Shown: positions 39,425-51,244, numbered from the stretch's first letter. The stretch: DNA of 64,000 nt from a virus (IMGVR_UViG_3300017722_002753:1-64000); one strand, 5' to 3'. Made by a program: numbers and translations. Notes: generated by a model from the letters alone, not told the origin.

Positions 39425-41257
39425 ATGGCAAAAAAAATAACATACGCAACAAGAGATTTTGCGGGTTTAAGGGAAGAACTTGTAAACCTGACTAAAGATT
39501 ATTATCCTGATTTAGTAAAGAATACTAATGACGCATCCATTTTTTCAGTATTACTAGATTTAAATGCTGCGGTTACGGATAACCTACACTTTCACATTGA
39601 TAGAGTTTGGCAAGAAACAATGTTAGATTTTGCTCAACAAAGACAATCATTATTTCATATTGCAAAAACATACGGTTTAAGACTACCAGGTAATAGACCT
39701 TCAGTTGCGTTATGTGACTTTTCAATTAACGTACCAGTAAAGGGTGATAAAGAAGATGAAAGATATTTGGGAATTGTTAAAGGAGGTGCTCAGGTTTCAG
39801 GTGGAGGTCAAATATTTGAAACATTAGAAGATATTGATTTCTCTAACCCGTTCAATAGTAAGGGTGAACCAAACAGATTAAAGATACCAAACTTTGATGG
39901 TAACAATAAAACCATATCATACACAATCACTAAGAGAGAGGCGGTTGTTAATGGAGTGACTCGTATTTTTAGAAAAGTTATTACTCAATTTGACCAAAAA
40001 CCATTCTTAAAGATTTTCTTACCAGAACAAAATGTTTTAGGCGTTGTGTCGGTTATCCATAAAGATGGTACAACATACGCGGGAAACCCAACCAACTCAG
40101 AATTTTCTGAAATTGGAAATAAGTGGTATGAGGTTAAATCATTGATGCAAGATAAGGTGTTTGTACCTAATCCAACGAGTTCATCAGATAAAGATAATTT
40201 TAAAGCAGGAAAATACATTGACGTTAATAATAAATTTACCACCGAGTATACCCCCGAAGGTTACTTCTCAATGATATTTGGTTCAGGATCGGTTAATCCA
40301 ATGGATAATCTTGATAACTACATAACAGGTCAATTAAAAGTAAATTTAGCAACATATCTTAATAATCTTTCATTGGGTGCAATACCAAAGAACAACTCCA
40401 CACTATTTGTGAAATATCGAATTGGTGGGGGTAAAGATTCGAATTTAGGGGTCAACGTTATTACAAGTATAGATACTGTCGAAGTTAGTATAAACGGTCC
40501 CTTATCAGGAACAAATACACAAGTTGAACAATCGTTAAGAGTGACTAACGTAACACCAGCGGTAGGTGGGGCGGATCAACCTACAATTGAAGAAATTCGT
40601 AATATGATTTCTTACAATTTTGCGGCACAAAACAGAGCGGTTACATTAAACGATTACAAATCATTAATTGAAACAATGCCATCAACATACGGAGCACCAG
40701 CTAAGGTTAACGTAATGGAAGAGAATAATAAAATAAGAATTAAATTATTATCATACGACGAAAGAGGTAATTTAACTGACACAGTTTCTAACACATTAAA
40801 AAATAATATTTTATCATATCTTTCTGAATATAGAATGATAAATGACTATTTGGATATTGTAAGTGGAGAAGTTATTGATTTAGGATTAGAAGTTGATTTA
40901 ATTGTTGATAAGAATGAAAGTCAAACTGATATTATAAAATCAGCAATTGAAGGAATTATTGAATTTTTCAGAATAGAAAAAAGAAAAATGGGAGACCCAT
41001 TATTAGTGGGCCAATTATCAAAAACAATAGGTAACACGCCAGGTGTTGAAAACGTAGTAGAAGTAAAAGTGTTTAATAAAACGGGCGGTGAATATTCTTC
41101 AGCACAAGTATCACAAGCATATGTGAATACCTTGACAAAAGAGATACGTCAGTCAGATAATGTGGTCTTTATGAAGAACAATCAAATCTTTCAAATTAGA
41201 TTCCCTAATAAAGATATTAAGATAAGGGTTAAAACTATCGATTCGCCTTCATACTAA
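39425..41257 (+). CDS. Baseplate wedge subunit (gp6 / baseplate J-like)
   Basis: ITYATRDFAGLREEL, YRIGGG, GGADQPTIEEIR...AAQNRAVTLNDY. Confidence 0.88.
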   Translation: MAKKITYATRDFAGLREELVNLTKDYYPDLVKNTNDASIFSVLLDLNAAVTDNLHFHIDRVWQETMLDFAQQRQSLFHIAKTYGLRLPGNRPSVALCDFSINVPVKGDKEDERYLGIVKGGAQVSGGGQIFETLEDIDFSNPFNSKGEPNRLKIPNFDGNNKTISYTITKREAVVNGVTRIFRKVITQFDQKPFLKIFLPEQNVLGVVSVIHKDGTTYAGNPTNSEFSEIGNKWYEVKSLMQDKVFVPNPTSSSDKDNFKAGKYIDVNNKFTTEYTPEGYFSMIFGSGSVNPMDNLDNYITGQLKVNLATYLNNLSLGAIPKNNSTLFVKYRIGGGKDSNLGVNVITSIDTVEVSINGPLSGTNTQVEQSLRVTNVTPAVGGADQPTIEEIRNMISYNFAAQNRAVTLNDYKSLIETMPSTYGAPAKVNVMEENNKIRIKLLSYDERGNLTDTVSNTLKNNILSYLSEYRMINDYLDIVSGEVIDLGLEVDLIVDKNESQTDIIKSAIEGIIEFFRIEKRKMGDPLLVGQLSKTIGNTPGVENVVEVKVFNKTGGEYSSAQVSQAYVNTLTKEIRQSDNVVFMKNNQIFQIRFPNKDIKIRVKTIDSPSY

Positions 41258-41311
41258 GCAAAATTTTCCTTATTATAATAGAAAATCAACTGCTTTCTAT
41301 TTATTAAAGGA

Positions 41312-44300
41312 ATGGTACAGAAACACAGAATCTCAACAAATATTGGTAAAGACCAAGTACTAAAAGTCGAGTTAAAACAAGATTTTGATTTACTTGAAGT
41401 ATTGTCTTTAAAATTTACACAAAAAGATGTGTATACATCACTTTGCGCTGATTACGGAGTAGTTTGTGGTAGAATTAGTGTAAATGGAGGTTTCGGTATT
41501 CCAAACGCAAAGGTTTCAATATTTGTACCTTTAACATTAGATGACGAACAAGACCAAGTAATTTCTACCTTATATCCATATAAGTCTACGGATGGTAGAA
41601 ACGATAATAACTATCGTTACAACTTATTACCAAAAAGAAAACAACACTCAGGTCATACTCCAACAGGTACATTTTTTGACCAACAAGATATATTAGCTAG
41701 AGAGGAATATTTGGAAGTGTATGAGAAATATTACACATACACAGTTAAAACAAACGACTCTGGTGATTTTATGATTTGGGGAGTACCACTTGGTACTCAA
41801 GTTCTACATGTCGATTTAGATTTATCTGACATGGGATGTCAATCTTTAGTTCCTTATGATTTAATGTATGAAGGTATTTCGGAGGAGAAATTCGAAAACA
41901 AATACACATACATGGCTTCAGATAATCTGAACGCATTACCTCAAATTATTTCATTTGACAAAACAGTTGATGTGTACCCTTTTTGGGGTAGTGAAGATTT
42001 ATGTGAAATTGGAATTACAAGAGGAGACTTTGATTTAGGAGAGAAGGGTGTAAGATTAGAACCATATGCAATAATGATGGGTTCAACATTTTCAGATGCC
42101 GCTGAAGATTCAATGGGGGTTAACTGTAATGTAGATAACCAACAAGGTGAGAAATGTAAACTTACCACCAAGAAAGGTGATATTGAAGCAATTAGATTTA
42201 CTGGTGAATATCAAAAAGACACCAACGGTAATCCTAATATGTTAAAACCTATCCTTGAAAAGTTACAAATAGATAGTAAAATAGGTGATGACGGAATATT
42301 TTTCTTCAGAGTCCCAATGAACATTGGTTACATTACCACAAATGAATTTGGAGACATTGTCGAATCAAAAGATAAGAATATTGGTATTCCAACTAAAGGA
42401 AATTATCGTTTTAGAATTACATTAAACGAAGATACTGGAGAAGAGAATAGAAACGTTGCAAAAATATTAATACCAAATGTTAGAGAATACCATCAAGGTG
42501 ATACTCTTTATCATGGTAGTTATACAACAATTGATGCAAAATCATATTCGTTTAGTACGAATATCGACGACTATCCGGTGAATGCGTTAAAAGAAATTGC
42601 GGGGCTAAGTACTTGGGCACAAGCCAATAACAGAAAGAGTGTTCCACAAGATTATTTCTACCAATTTAGATATGGTAGAGTTTACAGTGCGTCTCAGTTT
42701 ATTAATAGATTTGAGAAAGCAGGTAGTTGGGAAAAGGTATTTAAATTTTTTGTTAGAGATAGAAATGAATCATTCATTGGTATAAAAGAAATATGGCCAG
42801 CTGAGGGGGATTGCTCAAACAATATAAATTATTTTCCGGTTAACGATGCTGTAAGAAACCATAAATTTGGATTCTTTATTACAACAATTATAAGTTTCGT
42901 TGAATATATTGGATTAAGAATAAGTTTATTCTTTAAGGAATTAGTTTTAGCCGTATTCGTGGGAATTGCTGAATTATTATCAAGTACTGGTGTTTCTAAT
43001 AAAGCGGCTGCAAAAATGTTTCAAAGGGCAAAAGAATATCAGTTTAATAATATAATGGTTCTAAGTTTAGTAACATATCCTGATTGTTATGACTGTAGTG
43101 AAGATGATACAGCTAATAAAACTACTAGTAGTGTCCCACCTGTTGATGTTGATACAGTTAAATTAGGTACACCTATTGCAACAAATTTTTATTTAGAAGA
43201 AAACTACACAGTTGCACGTGCCGCTGGTACTTGTGATAAGTATACATTTGTTAATACGACAGGAACCGATGTTACAATTAACTATTTAGATTGTGATAAT
43301 GATTTTAGAACATTAACAATTTTAGGTACCGATACTGCGGCCTATTCTGTAAAGGCAAAACCAAATCAATCACAATCAGGATGGGCGATAACGCCAACAA
43401 TTGTTGTTGATTTTTATACGGGTGCAAATGGGTTTAATGGTGATGATGACTTATATTTTAGACCAACGGGCGGAGGTTTTACAGGGTTTGTACCAACACC
43501 ACCTACAGGACAGTTAACTAATGATAATGCAGTATTAGCACAAACATATGTAGCGGAATTAGATGTAATTGGGGATGGAACTTTAACATACCTAACTTTA
43601 GGTATGGGGCAACAATATCAAATTATTTGGGACTCTATTTTAGGTGTATGGAAAATTAAAGGGGCGTATAGAGTTATTATCGATGCAATATCATTGGCTT
43701 TCAATACACCATTAGATCAAGTAGTCACCGGAACAGCACACGAGAATGATGGATATATTAAAATTACTAAATTATGGATTGCGGATTCTAATATTACATC
43801 TTCAGACACGACAACTACTGAATTGGAAGAAGGTTGTTCAAAATATGATACAATTATAGAGGATGAATTAGGTAGAGGTGGTGACATGAAATTAAAAGGT
43901 TTAATTTTTCCATTAACAGGACAAACAATAGGTGGTACTGCCACTATATTGAATACTTATGTCGATGCTAAAAATTACCTTAGTACTCGTCGACCAAGTC
44001 CATATCCGAGATTTGTATTAAAACCTTATGACCAATTAGATGCAACTTATAATACAAAGATTATTGGTGCAAATATTAAGGACTGTGAAGAAAGACCATC
44101 ATATAACGTTGGAGCGGTAGCATCTACATTTGCAAAATGGCCACTGGTAGATAATAATAGTTTTGAAAATCAAACTGTTAGATGTATATACAAAGGGGAA
44201 TATTATGGACAAGTAAAGAAAAAAGGTCCATATTGGGTTGAAGAACAATTAACATTAAATGGAACAGTTTCAGGATGGTCAGAATTTAGAGATGGAGTTT

Positions 44301-45685
44301 TTAGAATTATTCCTTGCGCAGGAAGAACAGGAGAACTTTTAAACAATTATAGAAGAAGAAAACTTTTTGGAAAGATTATGTGTGGAGGTGTAACATCTTA
44401 CACATTTAGTAACTCATGGTTAAACGGAGCACTGTATTTCTTTCAATTTAAAAAGAAAGGTGCCGATAAATTTTGTGGTGAATGTGTCTATAAAAAAGTT
44501 GAGAGCGATGGTACTGTAAATTATTACTATCGATCAACACCATATAACGACGACTACAACCACGATGAATCCCAAACAAGACCGGGTTTTGATGGAGATG
44601 CGATTATACCGTCCGACCCAAATGCGATTGGTTATGATGGTAAATCGGCAAACATTAGATATGAGGAAAAATCTACAGGATTCTACGGTGTAAGAAAATC
44701 ATTATCAATATCAATATCAAGGGTTTATAGTAATGTAACAGGAGGACTTGTAGATGGATGGACAGGATGGTATCAAGCCCTTGGAGACGGAACGGGAGGA
44801 GGTAGAATAAAAAGAGAAATCAATTTTCCAACAACAATTATAGACTTAGGACCAAGGCAAACATGGATTGATGAAATTTGTGTTGATCCCGAAATGGATG
44901 TGAATTGTTCAATAACAAGAAGTATCGGTTCCACAACATACAAAGGTATTGATGATTTAATGGAATATGTGATACAGTCAAAAGAAATAAAAGAAAAAGG
45001 GAGATTAGATATTCAAGATTTATTCGATAAAAGAGGTAGAGGAAGAATTGATGGTGACATTGCTCAACTTCTAAACTTTAATACTCAGGTTGGAATTTAT
45101 CCATTTGAGATTGAAGAACTTGATTCACCATACACCGCAAATTATGCAAATGTATTTGACGGTAAAGGTGCGGTTGGTCTTGACTTAGTTTTTAGTGAAG
45201 ATGACCCTGATACACCGGCAACCGTTGAAGTAAAAGGTGACTTAATAAGAAAATGTTTGAATACAAAAGGAAGATTAGGTGATAAATCACAAAGGGTTCC
45301 ATATTACATGTGGGATACATATGGACACGGTTTTGGTGAGTTTGAAGGTGCCGATGCAGGATACAGTGAATCACAAAGTTATTACACAGGTAGAATTTAT
45401 AATCAACCAATTCAAGAAATGAGGGGTAACCTTAATGAGGACCCTAATGGAAATACAATTTTAACTGATAACAATTATTTTGACCCATATATTTTACCAC
45501 CTATTAGAGACTGTATTGAGGTATCAGGAGTTAAAGTTAAAAGTAATGACAACTATAAAGAATACATGGTTAATGGACAACCAAGACATTTAATGGAAAT
45601 TGGTACACCATTCCATTATCAATTTGGTTTAAAGAAAGGTGCAACTGCATTTGATAAGTTCGTAGAAAATTTTGGACCTAAATAA
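41312..45685 (+). CDS. Large baseplate / tail structural protein
   Basis: 1457 aa, follows the gp6-like gene; N-terminal GVVCGRISVNGGFGIPNAKVSIF (transthyretin-like start); preceded by TATTTATT at 41298-41305. Confidence 0.55.
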   Translation: MVQKHRISTNIGKDQVLKVELKQDFDLLEVLSLKFTQKDVYTSLCADYGVVCGRISVNGGFGIPNAKVSIFVPLTLDDEQDQVISTLYPYKSTDGRNDNNYRYNLLPKRKQHSGHTPTGTFFDQQDILAREEYLEVYEKYYTYTVKTNDSGDFMIWGVPLGTQVLHVDLDLSDMGCQSLVPYDLMYEGISEEKFENKYTYMASDNLNALPQIISFDKTVDVYPFWGSEDLCEIGITRGDFDLGEKGVRLEPYAIMMGSTFSDAAEDSMGVNCNVDNQQGEKCKLTTKKGDIEAIRFTGEYQKDTNGNPNMLKPILEKLQIDSKIGDDGIFFFRVPMNIGYITTNEFGDIVESKDKNIGIPTKGNYRFRITLNEDTGEENRNVAKILIPNVREYHQGDTLYHGSYTTIDAKSYSFSTNIDDYPVNALKEIAGLSTWAQANNRKSVPQDYFYQFRYGRVYSASQFINRFEKAGSWEKVFKFFVRDRNESFIGIKEIWPAEGDCSNNINYFPVNDAVRNHKFGFFITTIISFVEYIGLRISLFFKELVLAVFVGIAELLSSTGVSNKAAAKMFQRAKEYQFNNIMVLSLVTYPDCYDCSEDDTANKTTSSVPPVDVDTVKLGTPIATNFYLEENYTVARAAGTCDKYTFVNTTGTDVTINYLDCDNDFRTLTILGTDTAAYSVKAKPNQSQSGWAITPTIVVDFYTGANGFNGDDDLYFRPTGGGFTGFVPTPPTGQLTNDNAVLAQTYVAELDVIGDGTLTYLTLGMGQQYQIIWDSILGVWKIKGAYRVIIDAISLAFNTPLDQVVTGTAHENDGYIKITKLWIADSNITSSDTTTTELEEGCSKYDTIIEDELGRGGDMKLKGLIFPLTGQTIGGTATILNTYVDAKNYLSTRRPSPYPRFVLKPYDQLDATYNTKIIGANIKDCEERPSYNVGAVASTFAKWPLVDNNSFENQTVRCIYKGEYYGQVKKKGPYWVEEQLTLNGTVSGWSEFRDGVFRIIPCAGRTGELLNNYRRRKLFGKIMCGGVTSYTFSNSWLNGALYFFQFKKKGADKFCGECVYKKVESDGTVNYYYRSTPYNDDYNHDESQTRPGFDGDAIIPSDPNAIGYDGKSANIRYEEKSTGFYGVRKSLSISISRVYSNVTGGLVDGWTGWYQALGDGTGGGRIKREINFPTTIIDLGPRQTWIDEICVDPEMDVNCSITRSIGSTTYKGIDDLMEYVIQSKEIKEKGRLDIQDLFDKRGRGRIDGDIAQLLNFNTQVGIYPFEIEELDSPYTANYANVFDGKGAVGLDLVFSEDDPDTPATVEVKGDLIRKCLNTKGRLGDKSQRVPYYMWDTYGHGFGEFEGADAGYSESQSYYTGRIYNQPIQEMRGNLNEDPNGNTILTDNNYFDPYILPPIRDCIEVSGVKVKSNDNYKEYMVNGQPRHLMEIGTPFHYQFGLKKGATAFDKFVENFGPK

Positions 45686-45686
45686 T

Positions 45687-46379
45687 ATGTGGATAAAAGA
45701 TTTATTTAAAAAAAGAAAACCTAATCATTTAATTGTATATGTTTTATACAAGAAAGAAGAAAAATTATTATATAAGATTCTTTCTAAATTAACATATAGT
45801 GTTGGTCCGTTTTTTTCAATCGATGATTCAATCGAAGGAGTAAAGAAATTTATTGAGAAATATCCAGATAAATTAAAACAAATTAACATTACAAGTTACG
45901 GTTCTGGAAAGTTTTTAGTTCAAACAACCGATTCACAATCAAAAGTTAATGAATTAGTTGAAACGTTAAAACCACTTATGAATAGTGAAACTCGATTAAT
46001 GTTTACTACATGTTTTAGTGGAGTGTCATCAAGAAAAGTGGTTGAGATGTCAGAAGAGTTAAATGGTATTGAAGTTTCGGCAATGAACGGTTCATATAGT
46101 CTTAATGGTAAAATGACAAAATGTAAATGCGGTAACAAAGGTTATAGCGAAAGTATTGTTGAAACCCTTCCCAAAAGTAAAGAAGGTTTGAGATACGATG
46201 AAAAACAAATTGTAGATATTCTGAGAAGAGACGAAGGAGAAGAAATAAATTGGAAGACATCAGGGATGGCGTACGAATATAATAAAATAATGATAGAAAA
46301 TGGTATATGTACTATTGGAAAACAACCATACACCTTACTAAAATCAATTAGAAATTATTTATTTAATATCCAAAGTTAA
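45687..46379 (+). CDS. Hypothetical protein, possible degenerate caspase/C80-like fold
   Basis: Likely start ATG 45687; INITSYGSG...LMFTTCFSG resembles the sHG...C dyad motifs with His replaced by Tyr. Confidence 0.4.
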   Translation: MWIKDLFKKRKPNHLIVYVLYKKEEKLLYKILSKLTYSVGPFFSIDDSIEGVKKFIEKYPDKLKQINITSYGSGKFLVQTTDSQSKVNELVETLKPLMNSETRLMFTTCFSGVSSRKVVEMSEELNGIEVSAMNGSYSLNGKMTKCKCGNKGYSESIVETLPKSKEGLRYDEKQIVDILRRDEGEEINWKTSGMAYEYNKIMIENGICTIGKQPYTLLKSIRNYLFNIQS

Positions 46380-48208
46380 TGAACAAAAAACAAATACTAT
46401 TACCAAGTAAAAAATTCTTCAAAGCGGAGGAGGAAAGTTTAAATTTACCTGTAAATTTAGATGAGAGCGAAACTTTGCTTAGGGAAGGTGATAGAAACAT
46501 CGTATTGGATATTGCAAAACTTTTTGATAAAGAAAGAAACGAAAGTAAAAAATATAAAATACATGGGAAGTTAAAGATGGTGTTTAGAAATCTATACACT
46601 GGTTCAACAACTTACGACCCACTAAAAAGTAATTTATTTTATAATTCATACGGAACCGACATAAATTACGATGGTGCGATGCCATATAATGAATTTGCGT
46701 TTTTAAGAAAAGATGTTTTAAGAGAAACGTTCGTAGGTCAAACGGGATCAACATTAACTGAAGATTACAATCCTGAACAACAATTAGTGTTAACGGGAAT
46801 AACATACACCGGACACACAACTACAACCTCAATAGAGGCTCCATATAAAAATTGGAACGTTTATCTAACATATGTTAATGGTCAAGATGAAAACTACCCG
46901 ATGGCATATACGTTATCAGGTAATACTGTTTTTAATTTTAAGGCTAGTGACGGAATACCATTTAGAGTTGTTAATAACGGAATATATTATACATTAATAT
47001 CGCCAGTTGAACATGGAATGAAAGCAGGAGAATATGTCACACTTTCAACAACAGGAAGTACGTACTACTCATATTCTGGTGACCCAAGAGTTAGACATAT
47101 AACTACAACAGAATTTAATAGAACCTTCTATATAGAAAGTGTGGGTAATGAAATATTTCGTTCAGAAAAATTTGTTATTAATATTCTTAAAAAAGAATTA
47201 GTATCAGGAACAACATTTAACACTGTTGTTTTTGGTAAACGATGTTTAAACAAATTCAAATTAGAAAAGACAACATCAACATATTATGTTCATAAACATA
47301 AGACATTAACTGAAGTAAAAGATTATATATTAGATAAATCTGGATTTGAATCTTCAATATGGGAAGAAGAACGTGCATTAATGTACGAAAATAGTAATGG
47401 GATTGACAATTATTTAGTTGAACAAAACAGAATGGAAAGTTTAATTTATGACTTTAAAGAACCATTTATTTTAACGGGTTTAACTAATAATTTAAATTAC
47501 ACACCAACAGAAGTTTATGTGACCGTTTTATTAAGAAATGAAAATGGATACTTTAATTACCCACCCAAGGTTGGGTTTAAATTTAATTTTCACAATACTT
47601 GGATTGATAGTCATTTTGAAGGAACGGGGTCAACAGAAACAAATATACCGAACCACACATTTACAAGTAACAATGCAACAACAGGATTCATTGGTGGTTC
47701 AGAATTACCTTTAGGGACTTCAGGATTAACCGGCGCATTCATCGAATATAATAGAAGTGAATTACAAGAAAGAGTAATTAGTGAAGGTTATCACAAATTC
47801 ACGTGTAAATCTACGATTTTTAACCACGGACAGATTTCAAATGTCACCGAAGACGGAGTGGTAATATTTTCAGGAGCAACCGCGTTTAATCCATTCGGTT
47901 ATTTCTACCAACCACATCACAGAATCAAATTGAGAGAACTTTCACCATATGTAGAATCATATAAAACAAATGAGATATATGGTTTACCTGAAAATGCAAG
48001 ATATTTTCCTGATGAGAAGTTATGGAAATGGAGAGACCTATATGATAATGGATTTCTTGATGCAGATGGATTCGGAACAAATTATCCATTCATAAATGGG
48101 ATACATTACATTAAAAAAGATATTAATTTCTATTTAAGAAATGAGGTTACATTTAAAAATAAGGAAGACGGAGTAATTAAGTTTACAAATTTAAGTTTTG
48201 ATTGTTAA
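46379..48208 (+). CDS. Virion structural protein (609 aa)
   Basis: TAATG-coupled within the structural operon; beta-rich. Confidence 0.6.
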   Translation: MNKKQILLPSKKFFKAEEESLNLPVNLDESETLLREGDRNIVLDIAKLFDKERNESKKYKIHGKLKMVFRNLYTGSTTYDPLKSNLFYNSYGTDINYDGAMPYNEFAFLRKDVLRETFVGQTGSTLTEDYNPEQQLVLTGITYTGHTTTTSIEAPYKNWNVYLTYVNGQDENYPMAYTLSGNTVFNFKASDGIPFRVVNNGIYYTLISPVEHGMKAGEYVTLSTTGSTYYSYSGDPRVRHITTTEFNRTFYIESVGNEIFRSEKFVINILKKELVSGTTFNTVVFGKRCLNKFKLEKTTSTYYVHKHKTLTEVKDYILDKSGFESSIWEEERALMYENSNGIDNYLVEQNRMESLIYDFKEPFILTGLTNNLNYTPTEVYVTVLLRNENGYFNYPPKVGFKFNFHNTWIDSHFEGTGSTETNIPNHTFTSNNATTGFIGGSELPLGTSGLTGAFIEYNRSELQERVISEGYHKFTCKSTIFNHGQISNVTEDGVVIFSGATAFNPFGYFYQPHHRIKLRELSPYVESYKTNEIYGLPENARYFPDEKLWKWRDLYDNGFLDADGFGTNYPFINGIHYIKKDINFYLRNEVTFKNKEDGVIKFTNLSFDC

Positions 48209-49065
48209 TGGAAATATTATTTAAAAATAGTAACATGAACTTGGTTATAAACCAAGAACAAGATTTTAAAACAGATCTTGGATGGCAAGAAAACGCACAA
48301 GAACTTGAAGACCAAACTCTTGAAAAAATTATTAATCCTGTTGATAATTATGAAACTGTTAGATACATACATCAACCATACAATTCATCATTATCAGGAT
48401 TAACAATATCACAATCGGATATATGGTTTAAGTTTCATTTTTTAAGTGGAAGTACATATGTTACCGATTACGAACCAACAGGTTTATCATTTAAAGAAAA
48501 TAATGAAATTAGAGAATTTTTTAAAAGGAGTTTTTTTAGATTAGAATTTTATAAAACACCAAATGGTGAGGCACCAACTAGAGCAAACAGAAGATTGGTT
48601 TTTACAAAAAATTTACCACTAACATCTGGTGAACAATATAATTTTTACAATGAAACCCTAACAGGTGTGACGGATGTAAAAATATATAAACCTGTCTTTA
48701 TGGGTACGAACTACAAAAATTCAGAAAACTTATATATATTCTGGTTTCAAGACGATTCACCATTTGAAGAATCTAATTTAATTGGAAATATATTTTACAT
48801 GACAGCAAAATTTTTTAATGCTGAAAATGGTGAAATAACTGACTTCGTTACCAATTCAGATGTTGATGTTGATATTGACCAAGGTAGATATGGAATTCGT
48901 ACCAATCCTATTCAATTTTTTGAAAAAGATAATAGTGGCGGGCAAATAATTGAACCTGATGACATGTATTACTGTGTTACAATTGATAGAACCGATTTTA
49001 GTTATGTGGTTAATAGTGACTGTAGTTGTGTGTTCACGGGAGGTTCCGCAAATTTAAATGGTTAA
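48208..49065 (+). CDS. Virion structural protein
   Basis: Likely start ATG 48208 overlapping the upstream stop; in the structural operon. Confidence 0.6.
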   Translation: MEILFKNSNMNLVINQEQDFKTDLGWQENAQELEDQTLEKIINPVDNYETVRYIHQPYNSSLSGLTISQSDIWFKFHFLSGSTYVTDYEPTGLSFKENNEIREFFKRSFFRLEFYKTPNGEAPTRANRRLVFTKNLPLTSGEQYNFYNETLTGVTDVKIYKPVFMGTNYKNSENLYIFWFQDDSPFEESNLIGNIFYMTAKFFNAENGEITDFVTNSDVDVDIDQGRYGIRTNPIQFFEKDNSGGQIIEPDDMYYCVTIDRTDFSYVVNSDCSCVFTGGSANLNG

Positions 49066-49068
49066 TAA

Positions 49069-50310
49069 ATGAAAAAAGATAGATACGAAATTTTAAGAAA
49101 GAATGTACAACAAGTTGAACTCGCTTCATTGACTGGTCAAACTTGGTTAGATTCTTATGGAAGTTTAGTTCCTTGGTCAGGAAGTAACCATTCTGGTAGT
49201 GTCTACATAGGGCCAAACATAAATGACATTGTAGATAATGTAACAGGAAGTGTTGCAAAAGGTTACTACAAATGGGGTGGAACATCATGGACTAAAATAA
49301 CTGGTGCAACCAAATACGACATAAGCGGTAGTGTTTACGGTTCATACCAATTCCCATTATTTTTAGACGGTTCACTTGATGAAATGGGGGTAATGGTTGG
49401 TATTGCAGACGTTAATGGAGAATCATATATGGAACAAATCGAACAATTGGTTAATTTTCATTATACCCAAACAGGTTCATTTGTAAAACTATTCAGTACA
49501 ACTAATCCTGATAAACTTAGAAACATTATAGGTCAAGTATATACAGTATCATGGGGTCATAATAATCAAACATCGTCATTGGCAATTAATAATGGCGTTA
49601 TTGGTACAAATTTCCCAACGGCATCATATACATACCCAACAACACCAAACACATATACAATCTCATTGTCTTTAAATTCTCCATGGAATAGAGAAAAGAT
49701 TAGTAAAAATATTACAATTCCCCAATTTAGTGGAACACCTCAAAACATTTTAGGTTCAATTACGGGTATAACAGTACCATATAGTAACCCAACTACGGGT
49801 CAAACATTAAATTATTTAAATGACTTAGATTATACGGACAATTATGGACCGGTAACCGTTAGTGGGTCAATGTTCAAATATTCTGCGTTTGGTAAAAGTA
49901 AAATTACCGATTTTAATAAATACGGAGGAGGAATAAACAGTTCTTCATTTACATATAGTACATCAGGTGAGACATCACAATGGACAGGATATACATTTAC
50001 ACATACAGGTAGCTTTATTAGTGGAACGTCATATAATATGGTAACCCTACATTATAGGGATTATGATGACGGAATCACAACAATTACGGGTACAACTACA
50101 GGATTTACAAGAGAGGAAGTTTTTAATGAAGCATTAACAAGAAATGAACATTTTCTTGGTTTTGTCGACGAACCATCAATCTATTCCGACATTTTTGTAG
50201 AGAGGGGAAAACAGGGAGTTTTAGAAAAAACACGAAGACTTGGAGAGGTAGACTCGGTTGGCGAATTAGATATTTACGGAAATGGTTATTTTAAAGTGAG
50301 AAAACAATAA
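49069..50310 (+). CDS. Virion structural protein (413 aa)
   Basis: Rich in G/T/S; operon context. Confidence 0.6.
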   Translation: MKKDRYEILRKNVQQVELASLTGQTWLDSYGSLVPWSGSNHSGSVYIGPNINDIVDNVTGSVAKGYYKWGGTSWTKITGATKYDISGSVYGSYQFPLFLDGSLDEMGVMVGIADVNGESYMEQIEQLVNFHYTQTGSFVKLFSTTNPDKLRNIIGQVYTVSWGHNNQTSSLAINNGVIGTNFPTASYTYPTTPNTYTISLSLNSPWNREKISKNITIPQFSGTPQNILGSITGITVPYSNPTTGQTLNYLNDLDYTDNYGPVTVSGSMFKYSAFGKSKITDFNKYGGGINSSSFTYSTSGETSQWTGYTFTHTGSFISGTSYNMVTLHYRDYDDGITTITGTTTGFTREEVFNEALTRNEHFLGFVDEPSIYSDIFVERGKQGVLEKTRRLGEVDSVGELDIYGNGYFKVRKQ

Positions 50311-50335
50311 AAATTATATTTATTAATAAAAGTTT

Positions 50336-51244
50336 ATGGCAGTAGGAAGTTACGGAATTGTTAGACCAGCGGATGTATCACCAGATGATGTGGATATATT
50401 CTATCACCATTCGGCAGATAGGTTAGTATCGTCCGCGGTTACATTAAAAAAACTTGACGCAAAAACAATTTTAACTCCTGTTTTTCACAACGATGATACA
50501 GGAGGAAAAAAAAATGTTGAGGTTTTGGGTGGATTATATAATTTAAAATTAAATGCTGCGGATTTTACGGATTTAGGGGTTTACACACTTCATATTAGAC
50601 CAAAACAAGTAAGAACTACAATTGCGGATTGCGGAGTTTTAGCGGCATTACCATCAGTTAGAGGTTTAGTTATTGATTTAAGTAACGTACCTGCTGCAGA
50701 TAGAAATAAATTTACACCACAAGGACTTGTGGGATATAGAATAGAGTACATCAACCCAACAGATAATAAAAAAACTCCAAATTTTTATAGAGTGGTGACT
50801 TCATCATTCTACTGTACACCAATTGTTTCGAATTTGACAAGTACAAATTCAAAAGCAAAAAGATACCAATATTCAGATGCATCAACAAGCATGTTGTTTT
50901 TAACTGTAACTCCGTCTTCAGCACCATCAAATAAACCAAATACCGTTCCTTTTATAGGTCAACAAGGCCAAACCATTATTTTGTCAAATACATACTTTAA
51001 CCCAACAACAATTGAAGTTGAGATGGTTGAACACGATTCATCAACATTGGCAAATGCTCTGTACGGTAACCAAACTAAAGCGGTTACTCCGGGTATTTAC
51101 ACAATCTATGATAAAGATAACAATATCTACAAACAATACAACTTGTATGAAGTTAAAGACCAATTTAATGAAACATTATACGAAGTTAGAGAAGGTAGAA
51201 CAGATATTGATGAGACATTAAACTTTGATGATATTACACAATAA
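50336..51244 (+). CDS. Virion structural protein (302 aa)
   Basis: Preceded by TATTTATT at 50317-50324; coupled to the next gene by TAATG. Confidence 0.6.
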   Translation: MAVGSYGIVRPADVSPDDVDIFYHHSADRLVSSAVTLKKLDAKTILTPVFHNDDTGGKKNVEVLGGLYNLKLNAADFTDLGVYTLHIRPKQVRTTIADCGVLAALPSVRGLVIDLSNVPAADRNKFTPQGLVGYRIEYINPTDNKKTPNFYRVVTSSFYCTPIVSNLTSTNSKAKRYQYSDASTSMLFLTVTPSSAPSNKPNTVPFIGQQGQTIILSNTYFNPTTIEVEMVEHDSSTLANALYGNQTKAVTPGIYTIYDKDNNIYKQYNLYEVKDQFNETLYEVREGRTDIDETLNFDDITQ

